A stretch of DNA of 20,000 bases from an uncultured virus (IMG/VR IMGVR_UViG_3300020048_000037). Lineage: Duplodnaviria; Heunggongvirae; Uroviricota; Caudoviricetes. The notes beneath the pieces were generated by a model that worked only from the letters and a program-made list of their open reading frames with translations, had not been told where the DNA came from and did no database searches. The stretch's first letter is position 1; every line of letters begins with the position of its first letter. This document shows positions 8,621 to 15,416 of the stretch, one piece after another. The stretch lies in the IMG/VR virus record IMGVR_UViG_3300020048_000037; one strand, given 5' to 3'. The position numbers were made by a program, and so were the translations under genes.

Positions 8621-8706
8621 TCGCCTTGGTGGGGTTCGAACCCACAAGCTCATTATGAGCATCAGTTTCAAAGACTGACATGTTTAGCCAATTCCATCAC
8701 AAGGCA
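8621..8706 (-). tRNA. Class II (long variable arm, Leu-type body) tRNA with Gln anticodon TTG
   Basis: TGCCTTG-TG-ATG-GAATTGGCTAAA-CAT-G-TCAGT-CTTTGAA-ACTGA-T-GCTCA-TAA-TGAGC-TT-GTGGG-TTCGAAC-CCCAC-CAAGGCG-A; anticodon at 8669-8671. Confidence 0.9.
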
Positions 8707-8716
8707 GTGATATTTG

Positions 8717-8788
8717 TTGCTCTATTCGGATTCAAACCGAAACTGCGGACTTCAAAGATCCGATTGCTATCATTACAAATATAGAGCA
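8717..8788 (-). tRNA. trnQ: tRNA-Gln(TTG) with A19:U56
   Basis: TGCTCTA-TAT-TTGT-AATGATA-GCAA-T-CGGAT-CTTTGAA-GTCCG-CAGT-TTCGG-TTTGAAT-CCGAA-TAGAGCA-A; perfect acceptor stem with U1:A72; anticodon at 8753-8755. Confidence 0.85.
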
Positions 8789-8798
8789 TTATATAAAC

Positions 8799-8823
8799 AA
8801 AAAAACCAACTTTAATAATTGGG
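8799..8823 (-). terminator. Weaker second terminator-like hairpin upstream of the tRNA cluster
   Basis: Minus strand CCAAT-TATTAAA-GTTGG followed by T7; its CCCAAT could also pair with ATTGGG of the first hairpin. Confidence 0.5.
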
Positions 8824-8826
8824 CAT

Positions 8827-8883
8827 AAAAAAACCCAATCTATAAGATTGGGTAAAAAAACAGACACGACTCTAACCCAATCA
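8827..8883 (-). promoter_or_regulatory. Transcription attenuator: terminator (8827-8853) plus antiterminator segment (8874-8883)
   Basis: Minus strand ACCCAATCT-TAT-AGATTGGGT-TTTTTT terminator. An upstream GATTGGGT overlapping the leader stop codon is identical to the terminator 3' arm and can sequester the 5' arm ACCCAATC. Confidence 0.8.
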
Positions 8884-8934
8884 AACGAAAGTTTGTTGTT
8901 GTTGCTGAGTCATATTTGAAATATTTTTATTCAT
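8881..8934 (-). CDS. Gln-rich leader peptide MNKNISNMTQQQQQTFV (17 aa; alternative start 8913 gives MTQQQQQTFV)
   Basis: ATG AAT AAA AAT ATT TCA AAT ATG ACT CAG CAA CAA CAA CAA ACT TTC GTT TGA, directly before a terminator and four Gln-anticodon tRNAs. Confidence 0.8.
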   Translation of the reverse strand: MNKNISNMTQQQQQTFV

Positions 8935-8979
8935 TGTAAATTCAATTAAAGTCGTAATGTATATAGTAATATATTTTTA

Positions 8980-9183
8980 TTAAGTTTTTTCTATTTTTAA
9001 ATTTTCTAAATCTTTTTTTGTTGCGATATCAAATAATTGAATATATTCATGTAATTCTAAATCACACAGTCTTTTTTTATTAAACAATTCAAACATTGTT
9101 TTCCATCCATCAACTTCATTCCAATCCAATAGATAATAATATCCTCTAGCTGGTACTTGTGTATAATCAATTAATTCTTTCAT
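8980..9183 (-). CDS. Hypothetical protein (67 aa)
   Basis: ORF track; A-rich initiation region; downstream of the promoter at 9323-9353. Confidence 0.7.
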   Translation of the reverse strand: MKELIDYTQVPARGYYYLLDWNEVDGWKTMFELFNKKRLCDLELHEYIQLFDIATKKDLENLKIEKT

Positions 9184-9206
9184 ATTTATATTTATTTTTA
9201 TTTTTT

Positions 9207-9318
9207 AAAAAGAAACTCTCGCAATAGAAATAAAACAATATAAACTTTTAAAAAATAATGATTAAATTGCGAGAGTTTCAAACGAAAAAAGAAAAAACAC
9301 TGCTTCACAGCAAACAAG
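9207..9318 (-). ncRNA. Putative structured 5' leader or small RNA
   Basis: Follows the promoter: TGCT-GTGA-AGCA GNRA hairpin (9301-9312), a pyrimidine tract, then a perfect 14-bp inverted repeat GAAACTCTCGCAAT/ATTGCGAGAGTTTC (9212-9225, 9266-9279) ending in T5. Confidence 0.45.
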
Positions 9319-9322
9319 AATA

Positions 9323-9353
9323 CAAAGATAATATAATTTTTTTATATACCAAA
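9323..9353 (-). promoter_or_regulatory. Bacteroidota-type promoter TTTG-N19-TATCTTTG
   Basis: Plus strand CAAAGATA at 9323-9330 and CAAA at 9350-9353; consensus elements and spacing. Confidence 0.75.
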
Positions 9354-9383
9354 TTTTTTATATATAAATAAAAAATATTTTTC

Positions 9384-9818
9384 ATGAAACACATCAAATC
9401 ATTCAAATTATATGAAACAGGAGAATGGAATAAAAATATAACATGGGAATATGTTAAAAATAATCCTGATGATGATAGTCAAGAATCTAATATGATATTT
9501 TTTTTAAGTGAAACACTATCAGATTTAATATTATTATTAAATGATGATTATATTAAAATCCTTGATATAAAAGGATATGATATATCAACAGGACCATATG
9601 CTAATGTGAGTATTTTAGGAAATTTTTATAAAATATGGATTTCTAATGAAAGAGATAGCGATTTATATATTGAAAATTTTCCAATTGATAATTGCTCAGA
9701 AATTGACTTAATACCTGGATATATTGGTAGTATTAAAGAAATAGCACACATTATTAATAGCGTTGCTATTAGTGGTGGTTTTGAATTATATGACTCAACA
9801 AAAAAATTTAATGTATAA
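9384..9818 (+). CDS. Hypothetical protein, KFN[LIV] family
   Basis: Starts MKHIKSFKLYE, ends TKKFNV*. Confidence 0.85.
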   Translation: MKHIKSFKLYETGEWNKNITWEYVKNNPDDDSQESNMIFFLSETLSDLILLLNDDYIKILDIKGYDISTGPYANVSILGNFYKIWISNERDSDLYIENFPIDNCSEIDLIPGYIGSIKEIAHIINSVAISGGFELYDSTKKFNV

Positions 9819-10960
9819 TGAAATATTTAATATATTTTAATGAAAGTATTGAAAATAATATAGATAACTCATCAAATGATTTTACAACATTATATGAAGA
9901 TGATAATTGGATTGTAACAAAAGCAAAATCATACGAGTCTTTAGAAACTTGGTCAGAAGATGGTAATATAAATATGAAAACACATCGTTATGATTTTTCA
10001 AATTTATATTTAAATACAAATAAAAAAGATAATACTAAAATTGTATTAAATTTCGATAGAACAGATTTTTATAATATTGATGATGATGTTATTTATTTGA
10101 AAGATTTTTTTGATGAAAATAATTATTTATTTAAATTTTATAGTAGTATTATACCATGTGATAATATTGTAAAAGACAATAATGATTATTGGCTAGTAGT
10201 TAAAGATTATTCATTTTTTGAAGATTACTTTAAATTAGATAGTGGAACAAGACATGATTTAATTAAAGAAATATTATCAGATGAAGGTTATAATGCAGAT
10301 TACTCTACATCTAATTTTGAGTTAGATGAAAATATTAAATTAAATAAGGATAATTTAGATATTGTTAAAATTTTATTGTTTCTTGAAAAAATTGAAAATG
10401 ATTACGAATATAATATTGATGATATATCTGATTATGATGATGTTGTTAGTATAATAGAAGAATATGATTTAGATGATATTATAAGAATATTTAAAAGTTG
10501 TATTTGTACAGGACATGAAAGAGCAGATAGTAATGCTGCATGGAACGATATTTTTAATGAAATTGTTTCTTTTTTTGGTATTGATGAAAATATTATTAAA
10601 TGGGATCATTATAATAATAGCATAGGACAAATGTTATGGTTAAAATTCAATAGTGAATCTGATGCAAATAATGCTAAATTTATTATACTCAAACCAGATG
10701 ATAGTTATGAAGATGATATAATTGAATATTCACCACCTTATTATGGATATTCTGGAGATTCAAAATATATAGTAGAAACATTTAATGAAGAATTTATTGA
10801 TAGAATAACAGAATATGATAATGTTGATGTAAATTATGATAAAATAATAGATTATTATAATTTTTTTAAAGAAAAACAAGAAATAAATCCGAATATAAAA
10901 ATCACAGATATATATGGTGATTATAAAATATATTTAGATACTAAAAAATTTAACATATAA
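9818..10960 (+). CDS. Highly acidic hypothetical protein, KFN[LIV] family (380 aa)
   Basis: Starts MKYLIYFNES, ends TKKFNI*; D/E/Y-rich. Confidence 0.85.
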   Translation: MKYLIYFNESIENNIDNSSNDFTTLYEDDNWIVTKAKSYESLETWSEDGNINMKTHRYDFSNLYLNTNKKDNTKIVLNFDRTDFYNIDDDVIYLKDFFDENNYLFKFYSSIIPCDNIVKDNNDYWLVVKDYSFFEDYFKLDSGTRHDLIKEILSDEGYNADYSTSNFELDENIKLNKDNLDIVKILLFLEKIENDYEYNIDDISDYDDVVSIIEEYDLDDIIRIFKSCICTGHERADSNAAWNDIFNEIVSFFGIDENIIKWDHYNNSIGQMLWLKFNSESDANNAKFIILKPDDSYEDDIIEYSPPYYGYSGDSKYIVETFNEEFIDRITEYDNVDVNYDKIIDYYNFFKEKQEINPNIKITDIYGDYKIYLDTKKFNI

Positions 10961-10961
10961 T

Positions 10962-11480
10962 ATGATAACAATTTTTAAAAAATTTCAATTAAATGAAACA
11001 ATGATTTCTCATGATATTAGTGAATTACATAACGGTAATTATTTAAATTTAGAAAGAACAATAAATGGTGATTTGAAAATTAGTTTGACTGATGAAGGTA
11101 GAGAAAAAGTTGAAGAAGATGGAATAAGTGAAGAAACATTTTTTGATTATTTTGAGGATATTACATCAAATTCTAGTTTATTGTACATTACTGATATATC
11201 TGAAATAGGTGCAATGATGAATGCTCCTGCTATAGTAATAGGTTATTATTGTGATGATGACGGTAATTATGTTGATATTAATAATGAAGATTACTCAGAA
11301 ATTTTTTATTATACTAATTATATTATACGTGATTTTACAGAAGATTTAAAAACTGATGAATATGTAATATTTAAATCATCTGGTATACTTACACCAGAAG
11401 AATTAGAAGAATTTGAAGATAGTAAATTAACACCACAAGAAAATGAACTAAAAAAAGCATCAAAAAAATTTAATTTATAA
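10962..11480 (+). CDS. Acidic hypothetical protein, KFN[LIV] family
   Basis: Starts MITIFKKFQLNE, ends SKKFNL*. Confidence 0.85.
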   Translation: MITIFKKFQLNETMISHDISELHNGNYLNLERTINGDLKISLTDEGREKVEEDGISEETFFDYFEDITSNSSLLYITDISEIGAMMNAPAIVIGYYCDDDGNYVDINNEDYSEIFYYTNYIIRDFTEDLKTDEYVIFKSSGILTPEELEEFEDSKLTPQENELKKASKKFNL

Positions 11481-11481
11481 A

Positions 11482-11805
11482 ATGATAACAAATTTTAAAA
11501 TATTTGAATCTAATGATGATATATGTTTTTCAGTAGGTGACGAAGTTACTTGTATTAATGGTTCATTTTCAACCACAGGACCAGTTAGTTTTAAGAAATA
11601 TATAGTCATGAGAATTTATGCCAAAAAATGGAATAGTTTTCCAGCTAAAACTATTGTTATTGAACATCAATATGTAACAAAGAAAGATATTGATTATTTT
11701 CATTGTGATGTTAAAGACATAGAAACAAATATTATTTTAACAGATTGGCTTTGTGAAAGATTTATATCAGAATTAAGACAATCAACAAATAAATTTAATT
11801 TATAA
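11482..11805 (+). CDS. Hypothetical protein, KFN[LIV] family, tandem paralog 1
   Basis: MITNFKIFESNDDICFSVGDEV...TNKFNL*. Confidence 0.85.
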   Translation: MITNFKIFESNDDICFSVGDEVTCINGSFSTTGPVSFKKYIVMRIYAKKWNSFPAKTIVIEHQYVTKKDIDYFHCDVKDIETNIILTDWLCERFISELRQSTNKFNL

Positions 11806-11806
11806 A

Positions 11807-12136
11807 ATGATAACAAATTTTAAAATATTTGAATCTAATGATGATATATATTTTTCAGTAGGTGACGAAGTTATATGCATTGATGGAGAAAAAGATGATA
11901 TTAATTCTAATATACCTAAAGAATTACATAAATACTTAGTATTGAGAATTTATGAGGAAATTTTTAATAGCGACTGTGATTCAGAAATAATTAATCATCA
12001 ATATGTAACGAAAAAAGATATTGATTACTTTTTTGTTGATGTTAAAAATATTAAAACTAATATGATTTCAAAGCAATGGCTAGCCAGTAGATTTATGACA
12101 GAATTAAGAACAGCAACAAACAAATTTAATTTATAA
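11807..12136 (+). CDS. Hypothetical protein, KFN[LIV] family, tandem paralog 2
   Basis: MITNFKIFESNDDIYFSVGDEV...HQYVTKKDIDYF...TNKFNL*. Confidence 0.85.
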   Translation: MITNFKIFESNDDIYFSVGDEVICIDGEKDDINSNIPKELHKYLVLRIYEEIFNSDCDSEIINHQYVTKKDIDYFFVDVKNIKTNMISKQWLASRFMTELRTATNKFNL

Positions 12137-12139
12137 AAT

Positions 12140-12177
12140 ATGCATCATTATCATTCATATTGATAATGATGCATTTT
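12140..12177. terminator. Terminator hairpin between convergent genes
   Basis: ATGCATCATTATCA-TTCATAT-TGATAATGATGCAT 14-bp stem. Confidence 0.8.
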
Positions 12178-12191
12178 ATTATGATAATAAA

Positions 12192-12353
12192 TTAAATATT
12201 ATTTAATTTCTCAATTATAATTTTCTCAATATATTCAGAATAGTTTTCAATACCGTTATCCTCACAATATTTTTCCCATAATTTATATACATCAGGATCA
12301 ATTGAGAATGAAACATGTTTTCTTTTATCTTCTTCGTCTACTTTTTTGCGCAT
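12192..12353 (-). CDS. Ribbon-helix-helix-like small DNA-binding protein (53 aa)
   Basis: MRKKVDEEDKRKHVSFSIDPDVYKLWEKYCEDNGIENYSEYIEKIIIEKLNNI*: alternating strand VSFSID, helix, G-x(3)-S-E-Y-I helix. Not in the track. Confidence 0.75.
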   Translation of the reverse strand: MRKKVDEEDKRKHVSFSIDPDVYKLWEKYCEDNGIENYSEYIEKIIIEKLNNI

Positions 12354-12498
12354 TTGTGTTTTATTTTAATATAATAAAAATATTTTAAAAAGTTTATTTT
12401 ATTAAAACTCTAATTATCATAACTTTAATATTATTTGCTAAAAAAATAGCATTTTTGACTTTAATTTATTTATATATACTATAAAAAAAAATAATATT

Positions 12499-12675
12499 AT
12501 GAAAGAGACAAATAGAAAAATTGTAATATCAATATCTTTGAATCCAAAATTATTAGAAACTATAAATAATACAGTTTCTAATCGTTCTAAGTTCTTAGAG
12601 AATTGTATAATATCTGAATTGTGTAAAAGTTCTACAATCAAAGAAGAACTTCATAAAAAAATGTTAATATTATGA
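12499..12675 (+). CDS. Ribbon-helix-helix-like small protein (58 aa)
   Basis: MKETNRKIVISISLNPKLLETINNTVSNRSKFLENCIISELCKSSTIKEELHKKMLIL*: ISISL strand and NRSKFLE helix start; ATGA overlap with the endonuclease gene. Confidence 0.75.
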   Translation: MKETNRKIVISISLNPKLLETINNTVSNRSKFLENCIISELCKSSTIKEELHKKMLIL

Positions 12676-14084
12676 TATTAACAAAAATAGTAGAAGTTAA
12701 AATAGCCAATAAAAATATAAATTATTATAAAGTTAAAGGTTATAAGTGTGAAGTTAATGATATAATATGTGTTAAAATAGAAGATTTAACTAAAGGTAGT
12801 CACGAAAAAATAGTAGTTAAATGTGACAATTGTGGTAAAGAAAATGAAATGACATATCATTCTTATAATTGTAATTTTTATAATTGTAATTTTCATTATT
12901 CTTGTTCTAAATGTTCGGTAGAAAAAACTAAAAAAACAAATTTGGAAAAATATGGTGTTGAACACGTATCTCAATCGAAAGACATAAGAGAAAAAATTAA
13001 AAATACTAGTTTGGAAAGATATGGAGTTGAAAATGCATCTCAAAATATAAGTGTACGTAATAAAATTAAAGAAACTTGTTTGAAAAAATATGGAGTTGAA
13101 AGTTATTCAAAAACAGATGAATATAAAGAAAAATTTAAAGAAACAATGATGACACGATATGGTGTTGAACACCAAATGTATACTCAAGAAACTAAAGATA
13201 AAATTAAAGAAACTTGTTTGAAACGATATGGAGTAGAATACATTTTACAAGATATAGACATAAGGAACAAATCTAAAATAACTTGCTTGGAAAAATATGG
13301 AGTAGACAATTATTCAAAAACAGATGAATATAAAGAGAAATTTAAAGATACTATGTTGAATCTATATGGTGTTGAATATCCTACTCAAAATTATGAAATT
13401 AAAGAGAAAATTAAAAAAATTAATTTAGAAAAATATGGTTTTGAATATCCTATACAGAATTCAATTATTTATGAAAAAGTTAAAAATACAAATTTGAAAA
13501 GATATGGTGTTGAACATGTTTCACAAAATAAAAAAATAAAAAATAAAAAAATAAAAACTTGTCTTTTTAATTTTGGTGTTGAATATCCTACCCAATGTGA
13601 TCAAGTTCAAGATAAGATTAAAGAAACATGTTTAAAAAAATATGGAGTGGATAATTATTCTAAGACAGAAGAATGCAAAGAAAAATTTAAAGAAACAATG
13701 TTGGAACGTTATGGTGTTGAAAATCCTCAACAAAGTGAAGAAATTTTTGAAAGAACACAAAAATCAGCGTTTCAGTTAAAGAATTATAAAAATTATTTAT
13801 ATAGAGGAACTTATGAATTAGATTTTCTTATTAAATTTAGTGATAAAATAAAAATTGAGAAGGCTAAGTCTATTGATTATTTCTTCGATAGTAAAAATAA
13901 AAAATATCATCCTGATTTTTATCTACCTGATTATAATTTCATAATCGAAATTAAAAGTAGTTATACTTATGAGTGTGAAAAAGAACAAAATGATGCTAAA
14001 AAAGAAGCCACTATAAATAGTGGCTATAATTTTTTATTCATTGTTGATAAAGATTATACTGAATTGTTTCTAATATTGAAATAA
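12672..14084 (+). CDS. Putative free-standing homing endonuclease: N-terminal Zn ribbon, 12 x 23-aa KYGVE repeats, C-terminal PD-(D/E)xK nuclease
   Basis: CDNC...CSKC; repeats of type KETCLKKYGVExxSQ; C-terminal YE...YHPDFYLPDYNFIIEIKS. Confidence 0.8.
   Translation: MILTKIVEVKIANKNINYYKVKGYKCEVNDIICVKIEDLTKGSHEKIVVKCDNCGKENEMTYHSYNCNFYNCNFHYSCSKCSVEKTKKTNLEKYGVEHVSQSKDIREKIKNTSLERYGVENASQNISVRNKIKETCLKKYGVESYSKTDEYKEKFKETMMTRYGVEHQMYTQETKDKIKETCLKRYGVEYILQDIDIRNKSKITCLEKYGVDNYSKTDEYKEKFKDTMLNLYGVEYPTQNYEIKEKIKKINLEKYGFEYPIQNSIIYEKVKNTNLKRYGVEHVSQNKKIKNKKIKTCLFNFGVEYPTQCDQVQDKIKETCLKKYGVDNYSKTEECKEKFKETMLERYGVENPQQSEEIFERTQKSAFQLKNYKNYLYRGTYELDFLIKFSDKIKIEKAKSIDYFFDSKNKKYHPDFYLPDYNFIIEIKSSYTYECEKEQNDAKKEATINSGYNFLFIVDKDYTELFLILK
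12930..13760 (+). repeat. Intragenic 69-bp degenerate tandem repeat (12 units)
   Basis: [YF]G[VF] codons recur every 69 nt from 12951 to 13710. Confidence 0.85.
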
Positions 14085-15416
14085 TTATTTCTTCTTAGTG
14101 TACTCTGTTTGTCCTTCTTTACCTGGTATATCACCCTTCGTACCTTTTTTCTTATCGTCACCAGATGGAATTTCAGACAATAGTTCTGCTGTATCTGGGT
14201 AAATTTGATTTTCAGAATCTGTACTAAAATTAACATTGAAATAATCTTTGAAATTCAAAAGATCATTATTTCGGAGTAAATACTCTCGGTTCACCATTAA
14301 TACTTTATCTAAGAAATTTGAAATCTTGCTAATTTCACTATTAAAAATTTCCATAGTTTTACTATTAAAAATACCAATAGGTTTTTTCAATTTCTTATTA
14401 AATGAACTTAATACAAGTTTAAAAATATATTCTATTTTATCATCTGATTTAATATACTCAATAGTTTTATCATTTTTCAATAAAAATGTATTTATCTTAA
14501 ACTTATCTTCAGAGAAAAATGTAGGTATTGATAAATTCCAATTTTTTATTTCTTTTAAAATATTATCAATATATTGATTAAATATGGCAGATATCAATTC
14601 AATATACAATTCATCTTTTGTTATTTCTTTTAATTTCACATTCTCAAAACTAATAAGTTGTAAAAATTCTAAAAAATTTAACAATATTAATGAATAATTC
14701 TCCAAATATTCTGTTTTGCTATCTAAGCTCATTCTTTCATATGAAGGATTCAAAATTTCAAATGAAAACTCATCATCTCCAGCAATTCTAACAATAATTT
14801 TTTCTAAATTATCATTAAATCCATCCATTAAAAAAGAATTTTCCAATTTTGGATTTAGTATCTTATAGAAAAAATATGAAAAATTAGACTCTCCATATAC
14901 ATATTCTAAATCCTCTGATGATGTATGTAAAAATAAATTAATTACTTCTAATTGCTTCTCATTTAATTTACCTTTAAATATTACTGGTAATGGATCAACA
15001 TTGAATAATTTAGAATATTCTAATATCTCATTATAATTATATTTATATTTTGTACCTTTAACTATACATGTTAATATCAAATTATTTAACGGCATTTTCT
15101 TATATTCAATATTACCTGGTTGATTATCAGGAAAATATTCAAATACAAACCACCATGTAGTTGATAATAAATTTGTTACAAAATCTGGAAGAGTTGAGAG
15201 ATAAACAAAAATTGTATTATAAAATTTTTGTACAGCTAAATCTACGAAATTTAATTCTTCGTTGTTAATTGATTTTGGTTTAATTACGAATTTATTACCA
15301 TTCCATCGTATAAATACCTGTGCACCTTGAATATCTTCATATATTAGTAATTCTTTATCTTTAAGTGTACTAATTAAATTTTCTGGTTGTTTATTAAGTT
15401 TAATAATTTGTGTCAT
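14085..15416 (-). CDS. RNA ligase (Rnl2)-like fold protein, apparently lacking the catalytic lysine
   Basis: IYEDIQG at the motif I position (normally EKxxG), FVFEYF (motif III), PLPVIFKG, and NLEKIIVR (motif IV-like). Confidence 0.6.
   Translation of the reverse strand: MTQIIKLNKQPENLISTLKDKELLIYEDIQGAQVFIRWNGNKFVIKPKSINNEELNFVDLAVQKFYNTIFVYLSTLPDFVTNLLSTTWWFVFEYFPDNQPGNIEYKKMPLNNLILTCIVKGTKYKYNYNEILEYSKLFNVDPLPVIFKGKLNEKQLEVINLFLHTSSEDLEYVYGESNFSYFFYKILNPKLENSFLMDGFNDNLEKIIVRIAGDDEFSFEILNPSYERMSLDSKTEYLENYSLILLNFLEFLQLISFENVKLKEITKDELYIELISAIFNQYIDNILKEIKNWNLSIPTFFSEDKFKINTFLLKNDKTIEYIKSDDKIEYIFKLVLSSFNKKLKKPIGIFNSKTMEIFNSEISKISNFLDKVLMVNREYLLRNNDLLNFKDYFNVNFSTDSENQIYPDTAELLSEIPSGDDKKKGTKGDIPGKEGQTEYTKKK

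Noticed and set aside
8468..8788. Stop-codon reassignment (TAG or TAA to Gln) suggested by the many tRNA-Gln genes
   Set aside because: No anticodon is CTA or TTA, genes tile densely under the standard code, and TAG ends 7398-8135 just before the next gene's upstream region.
8893..8907. (TTG)n run as a neutral microsatellite
   Set aside because: It is in frame in a start-to-stop ORF, includes a synonymous CAG, and is coupled to an antiterminator/terminator and cognate tRNAs, so it is treated as a regulatory codon run.
9212..9279. 14-bp inverted repeat as MITE/IS ends
   Set aside because: Only 40 nt lie between the arms, with no evident target-site duplication, second copy or transposase; an RNA stem is more plausible.
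11482..12136. Paralog pair as a diversity-generating retroelement TR/VR
   Set aside because: Differences are not confined to adenines, include indels, both copies are full ORFs, and there is no reverse transcriptase in the window.
12930..13760. Regular 69-bp periodicity as a possible CRISPR array
   Set aside because: Units are degenerate, in frame and conserved at protein level, with no identical repeat plus unique spacer pattern and no cas genes.
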